In this document: one piece after another, positions 46,956 through 54,840 of the stretch
Numbering within the stretch: the stretch's first letter is position 1
Layout of the letters: each line of letters starts with the position of its first letter
Virus record (IMG/VR): IMGVR_UViG_3300032770_000014
Span: 1 to 64,000 of that record
Length of the DNA stretch: 64,000 nucleotides
Source: a virus
Direction: 5' to 3' (one strand)
Made by a program: the position numbers and the translations under genes
The notes under the pieces: model-generated
What the model was told of the DNA's origin: nothing
Database searches by the model: none
The model's input: only the letters and a program-made list of their open reading frames with translations

Positions 46956-48524
46956 TTAGAGCCACCTCAACGCCAACGGGTCAACCTTGCATCTCTCCGC
47001 CAGCATGTCCATCGGCCCCACGAGCCGCAACCCTTCCAGACTCCTGGCACGACTAAGCGCGACATATAGCATAGCGTGCTGCCGGGCGAACATCCACCCA
47101 CGGAAATCGACCTGCACCCGGTCCAGACTCAGCCCCTGCGCGCGATGAACCGTACTCGCATAGGCCAGCCTCAGCGGGAAATACTCGATCTGGCCTACCA
47201 CCCATCTCCGCTTTGACTTACGGTAGTAGGGCTGGGCTAGGAATCTCCCGTCCCCCTCGCCTCCCTGATCGATCCACGCCCCGTTGTACCAGTCCGGCTT
47301 GTCCCCGAAGTCCATTGCGCGAACCAAGCTCTCTACTCCCACGACCTCTCCGGTGCGCACCAGCTCGACCAGCACAGTCGGCGCCATGCCACCTTCCCGG
47401 CTTGACTGAATCCCCCGGACCCATCCACAATCCCCATTCGCGTAGACGATCTGCCGGTCCTCGTACTTGTTGGCCAGGATCATCACGTAGCAGCCCTCAC
47501 GCAAGATGGTCCGCTCGGGGATGATCTGCCACTCTTTCCTGATCCTTCCTCCTGCGGCCCAGCGGCGGCTCGGCAACTGGATCAGCCTCCCCCGCTCCCG
47601 GTCCAGCCTCAGTTGGTTGATCCGGTCCACCTCGTCGTTCTTGCCCACGATCGTTGTCCCGCGAAACTCGTTATCGACGAAGCTCTCAAACCTCTGGCCG
47701 CAGGACTGGAACACCTGCAGGCAGTCCTGCCCCCGGCCGGCGCGCGCGAAGTTCAGCGCGGCCAGAAATCTCTGATCGGCTTGGCGCCAGACCTTGGTCA
47801 GGCGGGTCTCGTTCTTGGCGAAGCGGTCCCAGAACTGGGAGAGGAAGGCCCACGGGATAGGCTGGGCAGCACGGCGTCGGCCTCCGTTCGTGCTCCCCGC
47901 TGGCCGATCTGCGATTGCCGGCAGCTGCATGAAATCTCCAACCAGAATCAGTCCTACCGGCCTAGCTCCATCCTCGGCCCGGTGTAGGTTTACGTCGTCG
48001 AACACCCGAACCAGCAGGTCCAGTGTCTCCCTCGAAACCATTGAGCACTCGTCGAGCACGACATTCCGGTATCCCTCTTCAGCCAGCTTCTTCAGCCGAC
48101 GTTGCGCCGTCCCCTGAATATAGGCGTCGCGCAGGGAGTCGGTGTCGAAGAATCCCAGCAGGGAGTGGATCGTGATCGTGTTCAGGTTAACGGCTGAGAT
48201 CCCGGTCGAAGAGGAAAGTGCTGCATAGCGAGGGTCCGAGGCACAGCGTTCGCGGCACAGGAAAGTCTTCCCACTCCCGGCGATCCCGGTCACGAAAGCG
48301 CAGGGGGTGGGGGCGTCGGAATCAAGCGGGATGTCGTGCAGGGAAGAGAGAGACTCGGCAAGACCGGCTTCGTCGGCGACTTGGCTGTGCTGCAGGTGGC
48401 CGGTGGAGATTTCCAGCTGGTCGAGAAAGGCGTCGGCGGCAGCGGCAGCAGAAGCAGCGGCGGAGGCCGGTTCCACAATCTCGTCATTGGTCTTGGTCTT
48501 GGTCTCGGTCTCGGTCTCGCTCAT
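46956..48524 (-). CDS. Pif1/RecD-like SF1B DNA helicase
   Basis: GIAGSGKT, TIHSLLG, LDECSM, GDFMQLP, LTKVWRQ, YASTVHRAQGLSL, YVALSRA. Confidence 0.9.
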   Translation of the reverse strand: MSETETETKTKTNDEIVEPASAAASAAAAADAFLDQLEISTGHLQHSQVADEAGLAESLSSLHDIPLDSDAPTPCAFVTGIAGSGKTFLCRERCASDPRYAALSSSTGISAVNLNTITIHSLLGFFDTDSLRDAYIQGTAQRRLKKLAEEGYRNVVLDECSMVSRETLDLLVRVFDDVNLHRAEDGARPVGLILVGDFMQLPAIADRPAGSTNGGRRRAAQPIPWAFLSQFWDRFAKNETRLTKVWRQADQRFLAALNFARAGRGQDCLQVFQSCGQRFESFVDNEFRGTTIVGKNDEVDRINQLRLDRERGRLIQLPSRRWAAGGRIRKEWQIIPERTILREGCYVMILANKYEDRQIVYANGDCGWVRGIQSSREGGMAPTVLVELVRTGEVVGVESLVRAMDFGDKPDWYNGAWIDQGGEGDGRFLAQPYYRKSKRRWVVGQIEYFPLRLAYASTVHRAQGLSLDRVQVDFRGWMFARQHAMLYVALSRARSLEGLRLVGPMDMLAERCKVDPLALRWL

Positions 48525-48756
48525 CCCTCTCCCCCTTCTCTACCTTCCCCGCCTCCGCGCGCCTGACCCACCTCAACTCGAATCCTAGTCCCGCGGCGAC
48601 CTTCTGGTTGATCGGCTCCGTTCCTGACTTGATCGCACGGAGGCGGCCAGCCTCCACGCCCAGCCGCCTTGCCAGCCGCGCACCGTTCCCATAGCCGAGC
48701 ATCCGCCGGTCGAGTTCTTGGAGGACCAGATCGGGATTGACGGGACGGAGAGACAT
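48484..48756 (-). CDS. Cro/XRE-like HTH protein
   Basis: ARLARRLGVEAGRLRAIKSG..I..KVAAGLG. Confidence 0.65.
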   Translation of the reverse strand: MSLRPVNPDLVLQELDRRMLGYGNGARLARRLGVEAGRLRAIKSGTEPINQKVAAGLGFELRWVRRAEAGKVEKGERDERDRDRDQDQDQ

Positions 48757-48776
48757 GACAACCGAATCAGATTGAA

Positions 48777-48956
48777 CTAAAACCACGCGCCCCAGCGGGC
48801 CATTTCCGTGGGCACTCGATGAATGCAACCCAGATGCACAAGAAGCTCCGCCACCAGATCACCATTGTACTGGCGAGCCGCATTGGAGTCAGAGATGGCT
48901 TGGGTCAACCGAGCTAGTTCCGCGTCGTACTCCTTCTTCTGCTTTGTTGTCACCAT
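48777..48956 (-). CDS. Small hypothetical protein (59 aa)
   Basis: GAGG RBS; MVTTKQKKEYDAELARL.. Confidence 0.5.
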   Translation of the reverse strand: MVTTKQKKEYDAELARLTQAISDSNAARQYNGDLVAELLVHLGCIHRVPTEMARWGAWF

Positions 48957-49009
48957 GACTTACCTCTCTTAATCGAATTTCTATTTTAAACAAGCCACCT
49001 CGCTCCCTC

Positions 49010-49232
49010 TCAATCAAGAAGGCCGCCACGCAGACTCTCGCCCCGTGGCGGCCTTCGTTGCAGCCTCGGCCCAGAGTGAAGGAGGCCGTCACAATCCCCG
49101 GACCTTGTAACCTCTCTCAGGAAGGGGCGAAGAAACTGAGAGAGGGCGGCTGCAAAGTCAAACGCGCAAGGATCAGGCCGGTGCAGGTCTCTCTGCTGTA
49201 AGTGATTTGCCCGTCTCACCGATCCTTGCGCG
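49010..49232 (-). ncRNA. Candidate structured non-coding RNA ending in terminator-like hairpin
   Basis: Three consecutive folded domains with 14-, 8-, 10- and 13-bp stems fill the intergenic gap; strand inferred from context. Confidence 0.5.
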
Positions 49233-49237
49233 ACCTG

Positions 49238-50050
49238 TTAGCGCCCTTTCGGCCCGTACTCCACTCCACTGGCCTTGGCTGACCCGACCGCGAAATACCC
49301 GTTGATCCTCGGTCTGGCATGCAAATGGACCTTCCCGAGCTTGGTATCCACGTCCATATCCGGAATTGAGTTGCCCTTGGAGTCCGGTGGGAACCGGTGC
49401 TGGCCCAGCACTCTCGGCAACCGCTCCCCGGCCGTGTCGAACCGCTCCTGGGTGTCCTGATCCGGACTCCCTTCCCAGACCGTCTCGACTTCCAGCATGG
49501 GCTCGGCGGCCGTGGCCTTGAAGAACTCGTCGAGGAGGGTCCGGGCCGTGATCCTGGCTGGCAACTGGACCTTCAACTGGGCCAAGATCCAAGCCAGCGG
49601 AATCGCCCCGCCCTTTCTGGAGTCAGCTCGGGTCGAGACAAAGTAGTCAGTCAGCGAAATCCCGTCCCACTTGCCACTCGCGTCCACGACCGTCGCATCC
49701 AGGGCCGTGAATGCATAGACCTGGCCCCCCTTGTCGGTCGCGACCTTGTACCGCGCCGGCTGTCCGTCCTGACCCTTGACGTCGCGCTGCTTGATCTTGA
49801 CCAGCCACCGTCCGTCCGGTAGCGGCGGAGGCGCGGCATACGGGTCCACGTCCGCGTGTGTGTCCATCTCCTGCATGAGCAGGTTCGGATCGTCGAGGTT
49901 GAGGACCGGCGCGTCGAGGCCCGAGGCAGCAGACCCTCCGCCGCCAGCGCCGTCCACCTGCTGGTCCATGTAAATCGGCTGGGCGAAGTCGTCGGCGGTG
50001 CTGACCGTCGAGGGCTGGCCGGAGCCGGGTACTGCTGTCGAAGTTGCCAT
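49238..50050 (-). CDS. Putative single-stranded DNA-binding protein (DUF669-like)
   Basis: PPLPDGRWLVKI motif, OB-like pattern, downstream of AAA and nuclease genes. Confidence 0.55.
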   Translation of the reverse strand: MATSTAVPGSGQPSTVSTADDFAQPIYMDQQVDGAGGGGSAASGLDAPVLNLDDPNLLMQEMDTHADVDPYAAPPPLPDGRWLVKIKQRDVKGQDGQPARYKVATDKGGQVYAFTALDATVVDASGKWDGISLTDYFVSTRADSRKGGAIPLAWILAQLKVQLPARITARTLLDEFFKATAAEPMLEVETVWEGSPDQDTQERFDTAGERLPRVLGQHRFPPDSKGNSIPDMDVDTKLGKVHLHARPRINGYFAVGSAKASGVEYGPKGR

Positions 50051-50112
50051 ATCAGTAAATCTCCTTTGATATCGTTTCGATGGTGCTTGGTTAACGTCAG
50101 ATTCGCTGCGAA

Positions 50113-50418
50113 CTAGAATTTCATTCGCTCGAACTTCTCTACTGCTGCTATAGCATCTGCGGTCTCAGCGAACAGAACAGCTTGCATTGCCGAATGAAAT
50201 GCCGAATCTACAGCATCCGTCACTTGATCCCTTAACTTGTCGCAATGCCTATTCCAGTCTGCCAATATCTTCTTTGCTTTCTCCATCTGTGCATTGGCCC
50301 GCTTTACCTTGGGAGGGATAGGCGGAATAGGAATTTTCTTATCGCCGTATCGGCTTGGTTTAGCCCGTTTAGCTTCATCGAGTCGGTTTAACAAAAACCG
50401 TTTTTGAGATGAATTCAC
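50113..50418 (-). CDS. Hypothetical protein
   Basis: AAGGAG RBS, AT-rich ORF. Confidence 0.6.
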   Translation of the reverse strand: MNSSQKRFLLNRLDEAKRAKPSRYGDKKIPIPPIPPKVKRANAQMEKAKKILADWNRHCDKLRDQVTDAVDSAFHSAMQAVLFAETADAIAAVEKFERMKF

Positions 50419-50523
50419 GGCTGAGTACTCCTTTCTTGTGGCCTAGCTTCTGGCATACTGTGTTGCTCTGTTGCCAGTCGCCGCCGTTGTTTGCGTCGTT
50501 ACCGCCTCCGTTACCGCCCTCCA

Positions 50524-50958
50524 CTATTGCTGCTCGACGACTCTATCGGTGACCCTGACTTCCGGGTACTCAAAGCTCTGTATCCGGTTCTGCTGTTGCG
50601 CTATAGACGACTCTGGCATCTGGCGACTGGCCTGACTAGCCGTCATCTGCTGTCGCAGTTGCCTGAGCTGCCATGCCACGTACTTCTGCACGCTGGGCTC
50701 ATACGGCGCCTGACTGGCCTGCTGCTCGTACCACTCGACAACATCCTTGGGTAGGGTGATGGTGATGGTCCGCGAGTTAGAATCGGCGTCGTTGCTGGCT
50801 GCCGGCTTCGCCTTGCCTGGGCGATGCGTCCGACGGCCAGAGGTCCGGGCCGGAGCTGGCGTCTCGGCCGAGGCCTGCGAAGCCAGCGATGACCCTGCAG
50901 CGCCGCTGACCTGGTTGCCGATTCCCGCTCCGGGGAGCGTTCCTGTTACTGTAGACAT
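50524..50958 (-). CDS. Hypothetical protein with RHH/BrnA-like segment
   Basis: TITITLPKDVVEWYEQQA; AGGAGG RBS. Confidence 0.55.
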   Translation of the reverse strand: MSTVTGTLPGAGIGNQVSGAAGSSLASQASAETPAPARTSGRRTHRPGKAKPAASNDADSNSRTITITLPKDVVEWYEQQASQAPYEPSVQKYVAWQLRQLRQQMTASQASRQMPESSIAQQQNRIQSFEYPEVRVTDRVVEQQ

Positions 50959-51023
50959 GAGATAGGTTTCCTCCTTTCTTGAGAGATGATGGTGCTTTAG
51001 AAACTCAACTCGTCCACGCGACC

Positions 51024-51599
51024 CTATCGCAGACGTCCTTCAAACTTCGGCTCGTCCCACGCTTCGACGTAATAAGCCTCGACATCCTCAGAATACTTAT
51101 ACGCCCCCGATTCCCTTTGAGTCTGAGTACAGACAACCAAGAAGGGATCTGGTGACTCATTCAACCACTCAACAAAAATCGCCACGTCTGGTACAGCCTT
51201 CTTGATCTGAATGGCCTTGTCCAACACAAACTCAGGGATGGGTTCTTTGTACTCGTCGATCTTGGTACGCATCCAAGTCGGGATCGAGTACCAGGAAGAA
51301 TCGGAAGTCATCCATGCCGCAAAGGTTCGTGCAGCCACTTCCTTCAGATGTTCCTTCTTGTATTTCTCCACGTCGGCCTTGTCAAGCACGTCCATTTCCA
51401 GCCGGGCCAGGGCGCTCGCCAAGGGCATCTCGGCAACTTCCTCGCCGTTCTTGATCAGAGCCTTCTTTGCTGAATAGCCGAGGACTTCTTCAGCCTCTGT
51501 CAGTAATCCTGCCACCAGTGAATCGGAACTCAACACGGCCAAGGAACTGCGCTTGATTTCCGCGTGGGTCATTGTCGTTGTCATTGTTGTCGTTGCCAT
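51024..51599 (-). CDS. Hypothetical protein
   Basis: DPFLVV..YYVEAWDEP motif; 191 aa. Confidence 0.6.
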   Translation of the reverse strand: MATTTMTTTMTHAEIKRSSLAVLSSDSLVAGLLTEAEEVLGYSAKKALIKNGEEVAEMPLASALARLEMDVLDKADVEKYKKEHLKEVAARTFAAWMTSDSSWYSIPTWMRTKIDEYKEPIPEFVLDKAIQIKKAVPDVAIFVEWLNESPDPFLVVCTQTQRESGAYKYSEDVEAYYVEAWDEPKFEGRLR

Positions 51600-51639
51600 T
51601 CTGATTCCCCCTTCTTCGCAACCCCTCCGTTGCCGTCTG

Positions 51640-52722
51640 TTACTTCGTTGCTGTTGAGGTCAGTACAGGTACGGACTCAGGCCTAACCGCTTGCTGCCCT
51701 GCCTGTCCAACCTGCCCGGCCTGACCCCCTACCGCCTGCTTCCCCCTGAACCTCTCATCGACCTTCTTCCGCCATTCGTCCATAGCGTTCCCTTGTTCTG
51801 ACTGTAACTTGTCAACTGTGTGCAGGAACTCGTCGAACCCCCCCTCCAGCGTTGGTACAAAGTACCCACCGGGATACTTTTTTAACAAATCCGGCAGCTT
51901 CGCCGACACAACCCGAGGATTTGCGGGATAAAGTATGTTCGTGACTGGATCAGGGTGCTTCATAAAATACATTCTGACAACATTTTCGATCTCGTCCACT
52001 ACCATCTTCTTCTTCGGATCGGCGGGATCAGGAACCTCTACAGGCTTGCGAACCATGTAATCCTGCGCGTGAATGCAGTGACCGACCCAAGTAGGAACCT
52101 TTGCCGTAGCTTTCTTGCCTGCCACATCAGGGCCATAGATCGGTGTTCGGTCCTCTTCCTCTGACTTCGAGGAATGCGCCGTCCACAACACGTACTCTAC
52201 CGGCCACGAAGCAAACTTCATCACTAGAGAATAAAGATGATTTTGTGTAAATCCGTAGTGCCCACGTGAATTACCGGCAAACTTGACCATTGTTTCTCTG
52301 CCGTTAACCCAGACATTGAGTCCGAATTGATTGGTCGCGTCCTCGCCCGTCTTGACTCCGTTATCAGCCAGGTAGCGCAACACAGTCTGCGAAACCGAGG
52401 ACAATCCTTCGATTGCCAAGCCCCCGTATTCATCCCAGTTTGTAGGAATGAGATTAGTATGGGAGCTTGAGTCCTCTGGATGCTCAGGCCAGTAACCCTC
52501 CGCGATCTTGTAAAGGAATGGGAGAGGAACCTGAACATTACAGCGATGTGGCACAAGCAAGCCTCCACGAATCTCTCCCTCGATGGGGTCAAGTCCACCG
52601 CCATCCGTAGTCAACAGTAGCGTCCTCTTATGGGTTTTCTCGTAGATATACTTTGAGAAATGTCCCACTGCCGTTGATTTGTAAGTGTTTGTGTCACCGT
52701 AGATGAGTCCTGTCCTTGCCAT
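51640..52722 (-). CDS. AAA_24/Sak4-like P-loop ATPase
   Basis: [12 protein letters not shown] Walker A, AIEGLS Walker B, WTAH, YGP motifs. Confidence 0.7.
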   Translation of the reverse strand: MARTGLIYGDTNTYKSTAVGHFSKYIYEKTHKRTLLLTTDGGGLDPIEGEIRGGLLVPHRCNVQVPLPFLYKIAEGYWPEHPEDSSSHTNLIPTNWDEYGGLAIEGLSSVSQTVLRYLADNGVKTGEDATNQFGLNVWVNGRETMVKFAGNSRGHYGFTQNHLYSLVMKFASWPVEYVLWTAHSSKSEEEDRTPIYGPDVAGKKATAKVPTWVGHCIHAQDYMVRKPVEVPDPADPKKKMVVDEIENVVRMYFMKHPDPVTNILYPANPRVVSAKLPDLLKKYPGGYFVPTLEGGFDEFLHTVDKLQSEQGNAMDEWRKKVDERFRGKQAVGGQAGQVGQAGQQAVRPESVPVLTSTATK

Positions 52723-52755
52723 TGCCAATCCCCCCTTCACATAGTTGCTTTGTAT

Positions 52756-52914
52756 TTACTTGCTCCAGCTCCGGCTCCAGCTCCGGCTCCCGCTCCGGCT
52801 CCAGCTCCGGCTCCCGCTCCCGCTCCCGCTCCCGCTCCGGCTCCGGCTCCGGCTCCGGCTCCAGCTCCAGCTCCGGCTCCTTACCCACCCAATGAACAAG
52901 ACGGCTTGATTCAT
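52756..52914 (-). CDS. Ser-Arg/Trp/Gly repeat peptide (52 aa)
   Basis: AGGAGG RBS; [11 protein letters not shown] followed by (SR/SW/SG)n. Confidence 0.6.
   Translation of the reverse strand: MNQAVLFIGWVRSRSWSWSRSRSRSRSGSGSGSGSRSWSRSGSRSWSRSWSK
52761..52880. repeat. 6-bp tandem repeat (GCTCCN)n
   Basis: About 20 copies of gctccg/gctcca/gctccc. Confidence 0.9.
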
Positions 52915-52924
52915 GCCCAGCCTC

Positions 52925-53266
52925 CTACTTCTGTTTTCTAGGCAGGTTGGCGATTTGCACCGCGTCAATTACAGAACCGCGACCGACGATAACCCTTCCC
53001 TCAGGAAAAGGCTCAACTTCATTGAATTCACATGAGGTAAGCGAACCAGAAAATCGTCCAGTGTCTGCGACCCACGCCGCTGACTCCAGAACCAATTCCC
53101 GTGGTCCAACTGCAACCAGTTTTCCGGTGTCAATCATGGTCACTGTACGAATGAGGTAGTTCTTACCAATCTCCCAAGGCCCAAGCGTATCGGTCGGGAT
53201 TGTCTGCGTTGAAAACATTGAGGCCAATTGCCGCGCTTCGCCGATTGTTAGTTCATCGAGTTTCAT
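52925..53266 (-). CDS. Small beta-barrel (Sm-like, DUF6948-like) phage protein
   Basis: [28 protein letters not shown] motif. Confidence 0.65.
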   Translation of the reverse strand: MKLDELTIGEARQLASMFSTQTIPTDTLGPWEIGKNYLIRTVTMIDTGKLVAVGPRELVLESAAWVADTGRFSGSLTSCEFNEVEPFPEGRVIVGRGSVIDAVQIANLPRKQK

Positions 53267-53324
53267 CTGACTCCCCTTAATCCCTCAGTTAATGTTGCTG
53301 CTCATCTTTCTCTTCCTGCGTAGC

Positions 53325-53579
53325 CTATCCGTGCCTGCGCACCCACCCGTCCAGCACATCCCTGACCAAGGCCGCCGTGCTCCAGCCCCGCGCCTTGGCC
53401 GCCTTCTCCAGCCGCTCGACCGTGCTCCTCTTCAGCTTGTAAGTCTGATAGTTGACCAAAGGCTCCTCGTCGGTTGACCGTAGCCTCGCGGGAGGAGTCC
53501 TAGCAGTGGGAGGGCGGCGTAGACCATCCGGCCTGCCATTCTTGCTACCTGAAATATCGTTGTGGCTTCTCGTCCTCAT
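53325..53579 (-). CDS. Ribbon-helix-helix transcription regulator
   Basis: QTYKLKRSTVERLEKAAKARGWSTAALVRDVL. Confidence 0.7.
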   Translation of the reverse strand: MRTRSHNDISGSKNGRPDGLRRPPTARTPPARLRSTDEEPLVNYQTYKLKRSTVERLEKAAKARGWSTAALVRDVLDGWVRRHG

Positions 53580-53612
53580 GTGCTGCTCTCCACTCTTTAC
53601 TGAGATTTGTTG

Positions 53613-53641
53613 ATACTAGACCCAGGCCGGGGCGATGTCAA
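53613..53641 (-). promoter_or_regulatory. Sigma70-type promoter TTGACA-N17-TAGTAT
   Basis: Perfect -35, 17-nt spacer. Confidence 0.7.
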
Positions 53642-53874
53642 GAGGAAAACGGGGGAGGAGGGAGATTATTTTTCTCTGCTGTCTGCTCTCTGGCCTGTTC
53701 CTCCGCCCGCTCCTCTTCCCACTCCCTGACCGCCGCTTCGCACTCCTGTCGGGCCTCGTCCTCGGTCCGCCCCCAGCCATAGAACCGGGTCTCCTCCTCG
53801 CGGTCGGCGAGAAAGGCCAGCCAGTCGTGCGAACGGTCAGGGATGGGCGGGAAGACGGGGCAAAGAGTAATCAC
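53638..53874 (-). CDS. Hypothetical protein
   Basis: PPIPDRSHDW..GWGRTEDEA motif; GTGA coupling. Confidence 0.6.
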   Translation of the reverse strand: MITLCPVFPPIPDRSHDWLAFLADREEETRFYGWGRTEDEARQECEAAVREWEEERAEEQAREQTAEKNNLPPPPFSS

Positions 53875-54113
53875 TTGACTGACTCCTCGGCCGGCTCCCC
53901 CGCCTGTCCCAGCTCCCCCAGATTCTGCGTCAGCCACTTATGCAGACACCCCTCCCCGCACAGGATATCCCCGCCCTCGTGCGCCTCACTGAGCGAGTAA
54001 CTCAGAATGACAAGGGACTGGCGCCCGCCTCCGTGCCGCCCGAGGAACCAGTGATTGCAGGCCTGCCTGACCGCTCCGCAGAGGTCGCACTTGGCTATGG
54101 TTTCAATGGCCAT
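53871..54113 (-). CDS. Zinc-finger hypothetical protein
   Basis: CDLCG..NHWF..LCGEGC. Confidence 0.65.
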   Translation of the reverse strand: MAIETIAKCDLCGAVRQACNHWFLGRHGGGRQSLVILSYSLSEAHEGGDILCGEGCLHKWLTQNLGELGQAGEPAEESVK

Positions 54114-54828
54114 CGATCTCGACCAGCCCTTCCTTCGGGTGGTTAGGCCTTTCTGACTCAGGCCACAAAATTTCGTTAATGATCCTACTCACATGCGCTG
54201 GATGGCAACCAAACATCTTGCCTAACTCCTTTTGGTTGGCCTGCTTTTCACGGTAGAGAGTTCTCATCCGACCTACATCCTCCCAAGTCAAGTGGCGCTC
54301 GTAAGGATTCGTCCGTCCATTGCGGTGCGCAGCTCGCCATATCTCACAAACGCTCCTCACCTTCTTCCGCTTGCGCCGCATTTCTGCCACGTCGTCAGGA
54401 GTTGCGGTAAGAAGCCACGCAATCTCAGTTTGGGAGCGCCCTTCATCAAAAAACCATACAGCAATCTGATCCATTTGCTCAGGAGTAAAATGATGTTTTC
54501 GGTTACCAATTTTGAACGCATGGTGTTGGTTGCCTTGAACTGTGACGTATTCCAGATTCTCTGGGTTATTGTGTGTATGTACAGCATCAAGGTGGTTGAC
54601 TTGGTAGCCTATTGGACGCGGACCAATAAACGCCGCTGCAACCAAAAAGTGAACATAAGCTCGTGCTTGGTCGCGCTGCTTACCGCCTGGTAGATGAACT
54701 ACTGGATAACCGTTTCCTGTAGCAGGACTAGCCTTCAACACTCTCAGTGATCGGACTCGTCCAAGTGAACTCACCTGTAACCTTCCTTCAAATCCAGGAA
54801 CATCCCTCCAAACCTCTTGATTGTCCAT
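54103..54828 (-). mobile_element. Free-standing NUMOD4-HNH homing endonuclease fused to displaced nuclease C-terminus
   Basis: EVWRDVPGFEG..VSSLGRVRS (NUMOD4), VNHLD..NNPENLEYVT (HNH), C-terminal HTHs; AT-rich. Confidence 0.9.
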
Positions 54829-54840
54829 AAAGCAACTGTA

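Noticed and set aside
48488-48520. Short hexamer repeats at gene ends (ETETKT here; also VEVEVE, GKGKGQ elsewhere)
   Set aside because: Low-complexity slippage in disordered termini; no evidence of function
49058-49155. tRNA gene (cloverleaf-like fold)
   Set aside because: No T-loop GTTCRA or D-loop consensus; arm lengths do not fit; no CCA
49163-49232. c-di-GMP-I riboswitch or hammerhead ribozyme
   Set aside because: GGGCAAA is present but the GNRA/receptor and downstream consensus are missing; no CUGANGA core
50443-50526. TAG read-through or alternative genetic code
   Set aside because: TAG terminates many well-supported genes with normal coupling; no suppressor tRNA seen
52761-52880. 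CRISPR array
   Set aside because: Uninterrupted hexamer repeat with no spacers; no CRISPR array seen anywhere in the window
52694-52941. Poly-AP (+ strand) and poly-EP ORFs
   Set aside because: Alternative frames of the 6-bp repeat; only the SR frame has a good RBS and fits the operon
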